DNA of 64,000 nucleotides from Vezdaea acicularis (GCA_026025075.1 JAPEUI010000009.1:62001-126000), one strand, 5' to 3'; shown: positions 1-12,921, counted from the first letter of the stretch. Notes: generated by a model not told the origin, from the sequence alone. Program-made: numbers and translations.

Positions 1-593
1 CGAAGCACTTCCGCGCCGGCGCCAACATGGCCGACTGGCACGGCGACTGGGGCTTCTCCGCCCCCGTGCTGCGCATGATCGAGAACGCGATGCCGCCCTG
101 GCTGCTCTCGCAGGAGCGTAAAGCGCCCGTCCCCCTCTCCGCCGAGGCGCTCAACCGCAACGCCATCTCCCCCGACGACGCTGATATCGACCTGGGGCCC
201 CCTCGCAACGGCGTCGATGTCGTCGCCGATGCGCGCCACTGCTACCGCCGCCTCGAACTCGGCCTCCGTAGCTTCGTCCGCGAGGAGCGCCAAGCTGGCC
301 GCAAGCCCTCAGACCGCGAGTTGCAGGAGAAGGCCCGCTGGGTCGTCTATGGTGAGACCGATAGCTGGAATCAGACGGCGGCGGATAACGAGGTCTGGCT
401 CGAGCGCTTCAGGCGTGCGACTGGTTTGGATTCGGAAGAATATTGGAACTGGGGTCAGGAGGGGCTTGCTGGTGGTGCGAAGGGGGGCGAGGAGGATGGA
501 GTCGGTGGGTTGGAGGAACAGCTCATGTATTGTAATTTCGGGGTCGAGGAAGATGATGATACAGCAATCCGCGGCGCGAAGATTGTTGTCTAG
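1..593 (+). CDS. 3' end of a gene truncated by the window start; resembles the C-terminus of fungal homeobox/C2H2 transcription-factor-like proteins
   Basis: Frame is open from position 3 (KHFRAGANMADWHGDWGF...ENAMPPWL...ARWVVY...WNQTAADN.VWLERF) to TAG 591-593. Strong coding-like codon bias. Family call is from recalled similarity only. Confidence 0.6.
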   Translation, partial: KHFRAGANMADWHGDWGFSAPVLRMIENAMPPWLLSQERKAPVPLSAEALNRNAISPDDADIDLGPPRNGVDVVADARHCYRRLELGLRSFVREERQAGRKPSDRELQEKARWVVYGETDSWNQTAADNEVWLERFRRATGLDSEEYWNWGQEGLAGGAKGGEEDGVGGLEEQLMYCNFGVEEDDDTAIRGAKIVV

Positions 594-2205
594 AGTGGAT
601 TGGGAGAGGAGAAAGGGGAGAAGGCACGGCTAGATCCGGTTGGGCGTTTGAGAAAAGGGTGTATTTGCCGTACGGTAAGTTTTTCTCTGAAAGAGCGAGC
701 ATCTTTCATGGCGTATGTTTTCTTTTCTTCTTTTCTCTTTCTTCATCTTTGTTCGTGTTTCAGTCCTTGGGGTTTTTTTTCTTGGTCATAGCGTTCAACC
801 CAAAAGATATTAAGATGCTCTGATTAGACTAATTAATATACATCTCGTTTCAATATCAAATGTCATCCAGTTACGTTTTATCCATCATCAAGAATGGGTC
901 CAGAAAAACGGGGGGCTTCCAAGAATATTTCGCTTTTTGGGCCGGGGGATATGGGTCTTTGTCGCTGGAAACACCTCCAGCGCCATGACAGTAGTCAGAA
1001 AATTTTCATCCAAACCCCTCTCTCGACGTACCTGCCGTTCCGGTCGTGAGATATAAAACCAGCAAATCAATCATGAAGCCAACCCCACACCACCGAACCC
1101 GCAAGAATGAGTACGCGCCGCGGCATACCTCCCCCTCCCACTCCCATTTCCCCTTCCACTCGGCGCAAGCGCCCCACGGAAACTCAACTCGCTTTTCGAA
1201 AAGAAGAATAGCGGTGGTAGCACACGCCGAAGCGGGTATATTTGTGTGCGCGGTGGGGAGGAAAGTGCGGGAGGAGGAAGGGAGGCTGGGTTTTTGTGAT
1301 AGCGGGTTAATGGGAGTGGTATGGGAAGGCTATGGGAAGGCTTAGGAAGGCTTGGGGTATGGGGTTGTTGGGTGGGGGAAAGGGGGGGCGGGGCTTTGGT
1401 GCGGGGAGGGGCGGGAGTTTTGGTGGAGTGGTGTGGGGAGATATGGGGGGGGTTCGGGGTATATGCGCCCCTGGTTCTCATGCAGGTCTGCGTGGTTGGG
1501 GTAGTCGTAAGAGTTAGATCGCTGGATAGGTATGGTATAGTGGAGGTATCTCTATTGAGGAAGCGTGAGCGGGAAGAAGGTTTTAGATGGGAAGACGTGA
1601 CAATTCTCTTTGACTAAAATTCTAGTATATATTATGCCAAAACTTAGGGTTCGAGGATGTTGTAGAATGGAGCGGGAGGAGAGCGAAAGTCACGGCTTTC
1701 GAATTGCTTTGAAAGGCCGAGAACGCTGTTTGATGATACAGCCCTGCTCGAGGCAGCTATTTCGAGACATAGCTGCAAAAGGGCAGGACAAATGAGCGGG
1801 GAGGTCGTCAATGCGCATTGCTCGAGTCCCTCCGTCTAGGATGGTTGGAACACCGCCTTACGTCCTCTCTACTTGTGAGAATGCGTAATGTTCAATCATG
1901 ATGCAAGATCTTGTGTTGCCTTGTCGGACTTTATTCCTCCGGGCTGAAACCATAGTTTGGCAACGTCTCCAGCAAATGCAGAGGACATGGTGGGCGGTCG
2001 TGGTTGGTCCGGCCGACGTCACTTGGAGTGGCAAGGATCACGAAAGCGCGACGACGACATCGTATCTAGCGAAGTGCGGTGATTGAATCTCACCACAGTC
2101 ATGAGCTCATCGAGAGCGCGTCATTGACCTTTGTCTTTACTTAATTATGGCCTCTTCACAAGCAATGGTTTCTATTTCTAAGATACCTCTAGTAAAACAT
2201 CTCCC

Positions 2206-3000
2206 ATGTTTACAGCTTTACGACCAAAGCCATCATTCCCTCTTACCAGACTGAGCTCTTGCCGATATCAAACACTACCACCGTACAGAATGACCTCCAC
2301 GACTGCTACCAAACCAGGCGAACATTATGAGCCACGCCAAACTTCCTCGAATGACGACTGGAAGCCCGATCCATCCAAGTCCCTCCCATTGACTCCTGCC
2401 CGGCAAAGGCTCATCGACGACATCATCGCGCTCTATTCGTGCGAACCTACGGTAGAGCGGGTGAAGCGCTACACGCCCGATTGTGTGTATGATGATCAGT
2501 TCGTGTATGCGAATGATCGATATAAGATGGCGGGCCAGTGGTTCGCTCTGCCGAAGCTCTTCAAAGCTAGCAAAAACGAAGGTTATGAGATCGTGAAGAA
2601 CGAGAAGGATTTGATCCAGTTCAAGAATGAGCAGGTATGCCTCTTTCCGTCTTCCACGTATAAATGCGGAGGGAATAATCCTTAATGCTCCACTTAGTCA
2701 TGGACCTTCCGTGTCATCCCCAAGACAGCGACCATCAATGCACTAGTCTCTCTCGCGCTTGACCCCGCGACCGCAGAGAGTGACTTCATCCAGGTCAAGT
2801 ACCACAAGGATCAGGCAAATGATAAGGATTATAGCCATGAAGGTCTAGGCTTCTCGTTCAAGAAGTGGCAGGCTGATCAGGTTGCTAAGCATATGGATAG
2901 CCCTGAGGTAGAAGCATTTGCAGCAGACAAGGCTGCTGGGAAGGACGAGGTCCGAAAGTACGGTGATGGAAAGGGCTCGGCACCGAAGTTGGACCTTTGA
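2206..3000 (+). CDS. Uncharacterised small protein, possibly SnoaL/NTF2-like fold; 2 exons (intron 2635-2697)
   Basis: GTATGC donor at 2635 and TAG acceptor at 2697 join KNEQ to SWTFRVIPK...LDL* (TGA 2998-3000). The YTPDCVYDDQF segment is NTF2/SnoaL-like. Second in-frame ATG at 2290. Confidence 0.7.
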
Positions 3001-3694
3001 ATGCAGCCAGAAACAGATAATGTCCATATGACATGGAAGGAAACATCTTATCAATAGAGAATTGATATTCACGTGTATTTATGCAAGCTCTATTTCATAA
3101 TTATGAAAGATGCGCACGCCTGAGGGACCACCAATTGTAATAACCAGCCTGGGTCCACTTAAGCGAATATGCACAAGTCGAAAGCGTAAGCCCCAGTACC
3201 CAATGTAACAGGCGCACAGAGGCTCGAGCATCACGTATAATGCAGTGCAAAGTTTCACTCGAGGTTGATTCCCATAAGACTAGGAGTCTGGTGCTGCTAT
3301 AATTTTATGTAAGCAATGACTCAGCGTCTGCATAGAGCGGCGCGAGATTGCCAGCGAAGCATTGCATGGCTCTAAAATACGCGAGCCTAACTTAGAGAGC
3401 CGCGCCATAGGAAGGGCAAAGTCGCGTTCGAAAGGGCAACACGAAGAAAATCCGCACCAAAGTCTTCACTACCCGAACCAACCCCCCCCATCTGCCCCTG
3501 CTTGGTGGAGCTGACCGGTCTATCTTCGACTGCTAAGTCACGAGCGACCGCCGAGTGACTGTCAGCATTACACCGCTCCCTTCTCTCGGCCCCGGCTTCG
3601 CCAATAGCAAAGCGCTCCCGCGTCGCTCAAACCTCACCCGCGAGCACACAAAGACTCCCACCCGCTCGCTACTCGAGTGTATCTATCTGCAGCA

Positions 3695-5900
3695 ATGGGC
3701 GAGCCAAGTTCGAAAGTGCCGCCAGTCCTGGTCAGTTTCTTTCCCTCCTACAACTCCCTCCGCTTTCCCCCTTCCCTCCCCAGCACCGTTCCATCGCATC
3801 CGCAACCAATCTTTCAGGATGGCCTCTCTAATCCCCTTGGTCACAGCTGCCGCACGTCCATCTCGTCTCCAGCTATCGTTTCCCCATCCTTCCTCACTTG
3901 AGCGTTGACCACATTGTCGACAATCTCGTCCAAGCACCCAGGATCGTCCAGAGGGAGGCTCCTATGATATGGATGTTCCTCGATGCTCCAGCCGATGGCA
4001 CCGTCTTCCTTGTCTGGCAACCTAGCCAGCTTGGTTCAATCTTTGCCAGTGATGGATACATGTGGGCAGACCCAGAACAAGCATTCACCTTGAACGTGAA
4101 AGGCCTCGTAAGTTTCCTAAGCAGTTCAATGTCTTAGAAGGGCCTCTTCTCATAATCACTCAGAGCGTCGAGATGTTCGTTCACCGGAGCGGTCTGGTTC
4201 CTGGCCAAGAAAACGTGGCAACGCATGCAAGACGTCGATATCGTCTGAATGCTTCCGCAGATCCCAACATTCAAATCGATCCATCGCTGTGGCTTGTCCA
4301 CTATGCCGCCTGCGATCCCAATCACAGGTTGCCAGCCAACCAGATCAGGATGAATCCCCAGATACAGCAGTCGATAAGCATGCGACGCTTCCTCCAGAGC
4401 CAAGGTCAATTGGTGCGCAAGGAATTCATGTTGCACGATCCACAGAACTGGCCAACCATAAATGTACCTGGAGGAGGTTTGCCCGCGAGCCAGCCGCCTC
4501 CTGGTGCAATGTATCCAGGCAACCCTCTGGCTCAAGGCGCAAGAAGCATGCCCGGCAATCCATTCTATCCTGGCCAACATCCTCAATCTGGCATGGGCCC
4601 ATCACCTGCGAAACGGCAGCGAGGACCGGGACCAAGTCACCAGCCTACAAATAGTTCCATCGCTGCTCAGGTAGCTGCAGCTGCTATGCTCGATCCCACT
4701 ATTGATGACGAAGAGGATACATCCCGGGGTGACCTACTAGATCATCTCACCCCACGAGAGATCAGTATGTTACGATACAAGCAACATCACGAGTGGATGG
4801 AAGAGATTTTATCCTCTCCTTATGGCATTGATCAAATCGTGCCGGTCGACTTGGGCTTAGGGCTGAAGGGAGAGCTTGAAGGCCTCACGAAGGGATACCT
4901 AGAGCCACCTCCGACTGATGACGCGCCCAGGGCTGCAGGTAGTCCGAATCCCGTCGGCAAGATGGAACCTGGCAAGGCCGAAGAATTTCAAAAGCGTGCA
5001 TTGGACTGGATTGACGACATCAAGAAAGACATGGAAAAGATGAAGAAAGCTCAAGCGAAGCGAATGGAGAAGCTGAAGAAGGGGAGCCTCGTCAAAGACG
5101 CTGAAAGGCGTCTGCGCGATGCGGTCGACGACCCTTCAAATATCACGGAAGTACGACGAAGAAGTTCTGGAGCCGACAATGATGGGAACGATAAGCCCGC
5201 TGCCGTCGCGCAGGGACCGAGAGAGAAGGTGGATGATATAGTCAGTGAAGTTGAGAGCTATATTGGCAAGCACATCGAGAAGAAGCAGAGCATTGTGCAG
5301 GTGGAGAAGGGGGGTTATGAGGAGATTGTGGTTGAAGAAGCGATTGAGGAACCACCGGTCCCGGACGATGTGGCGGACGGCATGCTGATGGAGGAAGAAG
5401 GAGAGCGACCGGAACAAAGGCCCGAGCAGTCTGGCCAGTCTATCGAAAGTCACGAAGCAGAAGGCACTCCAAACCTGGATGCTGGTGAAGACACGGACAT
5501 GCAGATGGAAGGGGACATTTCGATGCCTGCAACAGGGACACCATTGGACACGGCCACCCTCGGCAACGGCGCGCTCAACTTTGACTTCAACGACACACCC
5601 GCTTCGACGAATGGAAACCTTGTGGATGGAATGGTCGATGGCGACATCGACATGCATAATTCCGCTGGAGGTCTACTCGATCAGTACTATACGTCAAATC
5701 CATCAACTCCCGGAGTCAGCCTATCGACTCCCCAAGCTCAGTCGACGGCAGCAACGACACAGGGCGAACCCTCGCATGATACCCCAACAAATACAGCAGA
5801 AACCACTTCAAATCAGACGCCGGCTGGAAACGCCGAGCCCAACCAGGCATTACCGTCGGACTCGGCTCCAGCAGGCCCTTCACCCCCGCAAGGCCAGTAA
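3695..5900 (+). CDS. SSR4: SWI/SNF and RSC complex subunit Ssr4 (DUF1750); introns ~3731-3846 and ~4108-4163
   Basis: Spliced start MGEPSSKVPPVL|LPHVHLVSSYRFP. Motifs FASDGYMWADPE, DPSLWLVHY, LVRKEFMLHD and DDEEDTSRGDLLDHLTPREISMLRYKQHHEWMEEIL match fungal Ssr4. Confidence 0.85.
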
Positions 5901-5915
5901 GAAGGGACGTCGAGC

Positions 5916-6915
5916 TTACTTCTTACTGCTTGCTCGCGCCACGAGCCATTTCAGCACGGCGTCAAGATTAGTCTCCTCCTTGGCGCTGATGCCGTAGCAG
6001 CTCACTTCTCGGAGGGTGATTGACTTGAGATCCATTGCTTCGATTAGCTCATCTACCGACAGCTTCTCCGGGAGGTCCGTCTTGTTGCCCAGAACCAGTA
6101 GCGGGATGCCGTCAAGTGCGTCCTTTTCAAGTAGGGCATGTAGCTCTTCCTTGGCCACCGGCAACGCATCTTTATCCGCCGAGTCGACGATAAATCTTTT
6201 TCCATGGTCAGTCATTGTGTCTGTTGTATCATCTGCATAAGAGGAAATATCATACACTATCGCGTTCACGCCGCGGCAGTACCGCTCCCACATAGAACGG
6301 AACCGAGGTTGTCCACCCAAGTCCCAGCTGGTTTTCCGGAACGGGTCAGCACATTTATCATACTTCGGCAAAGCTCTTTCAGCTCTCGCAGCCAACGTAC
6401 CACTTGAGAGTGACGTGGCCCTTCTGGACACGCTTCATGTTGAAGCCGACTGTAGGGATCGAGCTAGATGGTAGGCAACGACGTCAGTGCTTCTCCGGCC
6501 ACCGACGATGAGCTCCGACGCGTTCCCACGGGATGCACGTACTCGATCGTAAATTCACCGCCCTATCGGTCCGCCATAATCAGCTATTGGAGCTCGAATC
6601 GCCGTTGCAACGGGAAGGGGGGAGTTTGGATGGGGTTTGTGGGAGGGGGGACTGGGCACGAACTTACCGCCAGCACCCGCAGCAGCGAGGTCTTGCCCGC
6701 ATTCTGTAGGCCTATCATCGTGATGTCCATCTCCTGGGCCCTAGAAGCAGCCGAGACGGCATCAGCCAAGGAGCCCAGCATGCGCAGTGAAGCTGCTGGT
6801 GGTGCATCTTCGCCCGCTTCCCGCTGCTCTGTCCGCACACCACGGTTCTCTCTCGTTTAGCTTACCAGAACATGCTCAGCAGCCAATCATACAGTTTTCG
6901 GAGTAGGCCCGCCAT
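5916..6915 (-). CDS. ARL8: ADP-ribosylation factor-like GTPase Arl8; 6 exons including a 20-nt micro-exon (6543-6562)
   Basis: Spliced product [97 protein letters not shown]...GNKTD...CYGISAKE. All introns are GT-AG. Confidence 0.93.
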
Positions 6916-8591
6916 CTTTGCTGGAGTGATGCGAACGGGACTCGAATGAGTGTTGATGTGGGATATCAGGTTGGGAGCGATGGGGTCGTGGTGTGGTGTG
7001 GTGTTGGGCGTGGGACTGATGGCGAGCGCGGGTGTGAGGTTCTTGGGACGGGACAGACGACGAGGCTCAAAAAAAGGTCGCGGTTGTCCCCTCTGGCAAT
7101 CCTTGCTTGCGGCGGTTGGTGCTGCTGGTGCGACTTGTGTTGCAGTCTTTCTCTCTGCTGGGCGCCTGGCTCGACGGGGCCAAGGTGGGCAAAGTGTGTG
7201 GTGCTGTGGGTTTGCGGCGGTGGCCGTGGTGCTGCCGTGGTGCGTGCGCTGCTGGATCGAGCTGCAGGCAAAAGCGGGAAGCGGGACGCGGGGTGCGAGG
7301 GTTCTCGCTGGGGTTCTTGGCGGCCGAGACGAGCGCAACGAAGCTTCAACGTATCCACGGGCGGGTCGTGCCTTGCGCTGGCTTTTATATTAGATGAGGG
7401 CAATGTGCTGTGGCTTCCCGCGCGCTTCAGTCCGCTACTCTGACCCCGTTCTACAATATCAGGATGAGAAGGGCTTGTATCCACGATGGGTGCGCCGCTT
7501 GGGAGGCCCTCCGCCGTTGCGGATCGTCGTGCGTCTGCTTTTTTTCTTCTACACGATGGGAACGAGGGAGGATGAACGAGGGAAGCTCACGATAGGACGA
7601 GTGCACCAGATGCGCGTATCCGGCTGCTCGGTGGGACCGGCCGCGGTGGACGCTGTGTAGAAGCGTCGTGCAATGCAATGCGCCCTCCCGCCAGGAAGGG
7701 AAGAGGTCTTGAATGCTCTCGCTCTCTCTCACGCTCTCAAGCTCTCAAGCTCTCCCAAGCCCTCTATCCCTCTCTCAGAACGAGTACAGCTCGAGTACGA
7801 GGAGCAGCAACCCACATACGAGCAGATAGAGAAAGATCGACGCCGGTGGAGAGTGGAAGGGCATAGCGAGAGAGAAAAGAGAAGAAAAGGCAGAAAAGGC
7901 AAGAAAAGGCAGCCAGTCAGCGAACCGGCAGGCAGGCCAGTGCAGAAAGCCGACACACCAGAGAATAATCAATATTCGCACCCAATCCGCGTTCGAGCGA
8001 GAGGCTGGTGTTTCGTGCAACTGCCCCGCGGGCGGCGGCAGCGAAATGAATGATAGGACGGTCGAGGGCTGGCGGATGGAGGGAGATCGGCGTGCTGGTG
8101 CTAGAGGTGTGCGGTAATCTGCCCAATTACCTGCGGGATGGGGAGCTGCGGCGGCGGATGCTGGTGATGGGTGATGGAGTTCGAGACGGGCAGGTGAGGG
8201 ATGGATGATGGATGATTCGCGAGACAGGGAAGGGAACTCTATAGATGGATGGGATAATTGGCTTCACTTTTTGGGGAATAAGACATGGGATGAATTGATT
8301 ATCGGCATCATGTGATGGCTGTCTCTTGCAGATCCGACCTGATTGGCGGGAGCTTCGATCGGTCAAGCGAGCTCTCCGGCAGAAAAACATTTCACACGAA
8401 GAGAAATATTTCGAGATGGGGAAAAAGTTCGCGGCGGGGACGTGGTGCGTTCCCCCCATTTTCCAATCTTCCACAAATGTCACGGCCTTGTGTAATTATG
8501 TCTCAAGCTAGAACGCACATCTGTCCACCATCTCCCTGACTGGTTGAGAGCTCCTGTTACCTTCCTCGACCTTCCTCGAAGCCTCATTGCA

Positions 8592-11500
8592 ATGGCCCCA
8601 CACGCCACACCAACAGACACGAAATGGTCCGTCGAATTCGACACCCTCCGCCGCGAACACCTCTTCCGCCACCCCCCGAAAGACCACACGCCCTACCCAG
8701 CCTTACAAGAAGCCATCCGGCCGCACGTCGAGTCCTTCAACGGGCTGCTCGAAGCTGACGGGCTGATCGAGCAGGGCCTCCGCGACATCGGCACCAAAGT
8801 CTTCCTCGACGGCCAACCCGGCGATTCCGCCCGGAACAGATTGAGCGTGCGCGTCACGGAGACATTCTGGGATAAGGCGCAGTTGCCGCCGTCGAACAAG
8901 TTCTCGACGAGGAATCGCGAGATCTATCCGGCGGAATGTCGGGAGAGGCATTGTTCGTACCGGGGGAAGATGCGGGTTAGGCTCGAGTACAGGATTAATG
9001 GCGGGGATTGGTTCGAGGTCATGCGAGAGATTGGGCAGGTCCCGATTATGCTGAAGGTGAGCACGTGCAAAGCCCTAAATTGAGATTGGTAGGGCTGATG
9101 TTTTGCTGGTATTAGTCGAAACGATGCCACCTCGAGAAGTGCTCGCCCGCGCAGTTGGTCCGTCACAAGGAGGAAACCGAAGAGCTGGGCGGTTACTTCA
9201 TCGTCAATGGCATCGAGAAGCTCATCCGTCTCCTGATTGTCAACAAGCGGAACTATCCTATGGCGATCGTACGGCCGTCGTTCCAGGGTCGTGGACCTAC
9301 GTACTCGAAATTCGGTATCTCCGTCCGGTCGGTGCGGCCCGATCAAACGTCACAAACGAATACACTCCATTATCTCACAGACGGAAATATGATCTTCCGT
9401 TTTTCGTGGAGGAAGAACGAGTATCTGGTGCCGGTGATGATGTTACTCAAAGCCTTGATCGAGACGAACGACAGAGAGATCTTCGAGGGCATAGTCGGCG
9501 TCGCTGGGTCCAAAGCAGTCGAGAACTCGTTCTTGACAGAAAGAGTCGAGCTGCTCTTGCGGACATACAAGGTCTACGAGCTTCGCACACAAAGTAAAAC
9601 ACGGAAGCATTTAGGGAAGAAATTTAGAGTGGTGTTACGCGCTCCGGAAAATATGACAGATGAAGATGTAGGAGGCGAGTTTCTAAGGAAGATTGTATTA
9701 GTACACCTAGGTTCGAGTAATATGACGGCGACGCAAGATCACGACAAGTTTAATATGCTGCTTTTCATGATTAAGAAACTTTACGCTCTGGCTGCGGGGG
9801 ATTGTGCAGCGGATAATCCAGATGCGGCGCAGAACCAGGAGATTCTGCTAGGGGGTTTCTTGTACGGTATGTTGTTGAAAGAGAGGATTGACGACTGGAT
9901 GCACTCGATCGGCGCGGTGTCCCGAGATTGGTCGAGGAGGAACAACGGCACGAGGTGGGATGATCCCAAATTCAAAAGGGACTTTCCTGCAAAGATTCTA
10001 GGGCGGACTAACGAGAACATTGGGCAAGCGCTCGAATATTTCATCTCGACCGGCAACCTGATTACTCCCACTGGATTGGACTTGCAGCAGACCTCCGGAT
10101 TTACCGTTGTTGCAGAAAAGATAAACTTCTACCGGTTTATCAGTCACTTTCGCATGGTCCACAGGGGGAGCTTTTTTGCACAGTTGAAAACGACAACTGT
10201 ACGGAAACTGCTGCCAGAGAGCTGGGGCTTCCTCTGCCCTGTGCATACCCCTGATGGGAGTCCTTGTGGCCTTCTCAACCATCTTGCGCACAAGTGTAAA
10301 ATTACCACTCATAAACTCGATGTCTCCTCTTTGCCAGCATTGATTGCTCAGATGGGAGTGACGAACTCCGCCTCAGCGGCCACCACAAGTAGTATCGTGG
10401 TTCAATTGGATGGGAGGACCTTAGGCTGGTGCTCGCGGAAACAAGCTAGGGTCATCGCCGACACCCTTCGATTCTGGAAGGTCGAGGGCACCCACGACGT
10501 CCCTGTGGAGTTGGAGATTGGCTATGTGCCTCCTTCGCGAGGCGGGCAGTATCCTGGGATCTTCATGTTCTCGGAACAAGCTCGGATGATCCGACCTACC
10601 AAGTACCTTCCGCTGGAGAAGGTTGATTTCGTCGGCCCCTTCGAGCAACCCTACATGTCCATCGCTTGTACGGAGCCAGAAATTGAGTCAGGGGATTCGA
10701 CACACGTAGAATACGATCCTACGAACATCCTCTCCATCGTCGCAAACATGACCCCTTTCTCCGATTTTAATCAATCACCCCGTAACATGTACCAATGCCA
10801 GATGGGCAAGCAGACGATGGGTACGCCTGGGACGTCTCTTCGATATCGAACAGACAACAAAGCGTACAGATTACAGACGGGGCAGACCCCTGTGGTGCGG
10901 CCACCACTACACAATGAGTACGGATTCGACAACTTCCCCAACGGCACCAACGCCGTCGTAGCCGTCATCTCATACACCGGCTATGACATGGACGATGCGA
11001 TGACAATCAACAAATCCGCCCACGAGCGCGGCTTTGGCTATGGCAGCATCTATAAAACGGTGAAGATCGACCTCTTCGAAGAATCAGGCAAACGCTCCCG
11101 CTCGGTCAAGAACATCTCCAAACTTTTTGGCTTTGCCAAAGGCGGCTTCATCCGTAAAGAGTGGAAGGAGCGCGTCGACGAAGACGGACTGCCCCACGTC
11201 GGCATGATGGTTCGAGAAGGCGACCTTATCGCCGTCTCGCACGCCGTCACCATGGATTCCAACGGCCACTACGTCAACCGCGACGGCGTGACCGACCTGC
11301 ACAAGTACAAAGACGCCGAGACGGCCTACATTGAAGAAGTGCGGCTGCTCGGCTCGGAGATGGGCAATGAACCCCTCCAGTCCATCAGCATCAAGTACCG
11401 CATCCCTCGCTCCCCAGTCATCGGCGACAAGTTCTCCTCGCGCCACGGCCAGAAGGGCGTGTGCTCCCAGAAGTGGCCGGCCGCTGACATGCCCTTCTCC

Positions 11501-12274
11501 GAAAGCGGGATCGTGCCGGACGTCATCATCAACCCGCACGCCTTCCCCTCACGCATGACCATCGGCATGTTCATTGAGTCTCTAGCCGGCAAATCCGGGG
11601 CACTCCACGGCCTCGCGCAGGACTGCACGCCCTGGCGCTTCAACGAAGAAGACACCGCCGGCGACTACTTCGGGCACCAGCTCCGCGCCGCCGGCTTCAA
11701 CTTCCACGGCAACGAACCCATGTACTCCGGCATCACCGGCGAGGAGTTCGCCGCCGACATCTTCGTCGGCGTCGTCTACTACCAGCGTCTGCGCCACATG
11801 GTCAACGACAAGTTCCAGGTCCGCACCACCGGGCCCATCCAAGCCCTCACCGGTCAACCCATCAAAGGCCGCAAGAAGGGCGGCGGTATCCGCGTCGGCG
11901 AGATGGAGCGCGATGCCCTCCTCGCCCACGGCGCCGCGTTCCTGCTCCAGGACCGCCTCTTCAATTGCTCGGATTACTCGCGTGCCTGGATCTGTAAACG
12001 CTGCGGCTCCTTTCTGAGTACCACGCCCACCGTTGAGCCGCTGGCGACCAAGAAGCCCGGAGGGAGGAGCGCCGTCGGCGCCGTTCGGTGCAGGCGCTGT
12101 GCGCGCCGCGCTGGGCCCCTGGATCCGAAGAGTCTTGTCTGGGAGGATGGCGAGGGCGTTAGGTATACGGGCGGCGAGAACACGACTGTTGTCGCGGTGC
12201 CCGGCGTGCTTAGGTATCTGGATGTCGAGCTTGCGGCTATGGGCGTTAAGCTTAGGTTTCATGTCGAGCCCTGA
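8592..12274 (+). CDS. RPA135: RNA polymerase I second-largest subunit; intron 9057-9115
   Basis: GGYFIVNGIEK, LCPVHTPDGSPCGLLNHL, NQSPRNMYQCQMGKQ, TGYDMDDAM, GDKFSSRHGQKG, GGIRVGEMERD and a C-terminal CxxC...CxxC zinc site. RKLLPESWGF is Pol I-type. Confidence 0.97.
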
Positions 12275-12424
12275 GGTGGGTGGGTTGGCTGGGGAAGGGT
12301 ACTTTGTAGAAGGAGTAGTCACTATAAAGGCTGCATATGGTATATAACGGAGTCTTTTGTGGAACATAGAAGTATGCAGCGTCCCCGGGAGCGATACACG
12401 ACCCATCCAGTCTCATGTAGTCAG

Positions 12425-12921
12425 TTACGGACCCCTTACAGCCGTTTACACACCTTTACAGCCCCGTAAAACTTACGACACAAAACCTTACAGATCACAT
12501 GCCCCTCACATGATCCTTGCACTTCTGCGTCGAGTTGACTCAGATCCCCTACAAGTCTTTACGGACCTCTTACAGGCGTTTACACACCTTTACAGCCCCG
12601 TAAAACTTGCGACGCAAAAACTCACAAGTCACATGCTTATCATATGACCCTTCCACTTTCGTATTGAGTTCATATCTGTTGCGGACCTGTTACGGACGCT
12701 TTACGGACTTCTTGCGGACATTTACGGTCCGTAAGCTTTTTGCAACTGCAACGCAAAATGCGCAGGTTAGGTGATGAACATGTGATTTGTGCAATTTTGC
12801 GTTGTCTTAAAGTCCGTTGCGGACCCATTACGGACTGCAGAAGGTCCGTAAACTTTTTGCAACTGCAACGGAAAATTGCATAGGTCAGGTGGGGACATGT
12901 GATCTATGCAATTTTTTGTTG
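12425..12921. repeat. Composite tandem plus inverted repeat (A1 12425-12538, A2 12559-12672, B1 12726-12804, B2 12843-12921); foldback/MITE-like remnant
   Basis: A1/A2 share TTACGGACC..TTACAG.CGTTTACACACCTTTACAGCCCCGTAAAACTT at a 134-bp period. B1/B2 share GGTCCGTAA.CTTTTTGCAACTGCAACG...CATGTGAT at a 117-bp period. The B cores are degenerate reverse complements of the A cores. Confidence 0.8.

Noticed and set aside
6946..8100. Several overlapping 100-170 aa ORFs and CT/GA-rich microrepeats upstream of ARL8
   Set aside because: Low-complexity translations with no recognisable domain. Consistent with GC-rich promoter or 5' UTR sequence between divergent ARL8 and RPA135.
11582..12406. 274-aa antisense ORF over RPA135 (also 29565-30461, 30483-31202 and 39124-39714)
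   Set aside because: Shadow ORFs caused by high GC3 codon bias of the sense gene. No independent motifs.
12425..12921. CRISPR-like repeat/spacer reading of the repeat block
   Set aside because: Eukaryotic context, no cas genes, degenerate units in both orientations and no regular unique spacers.
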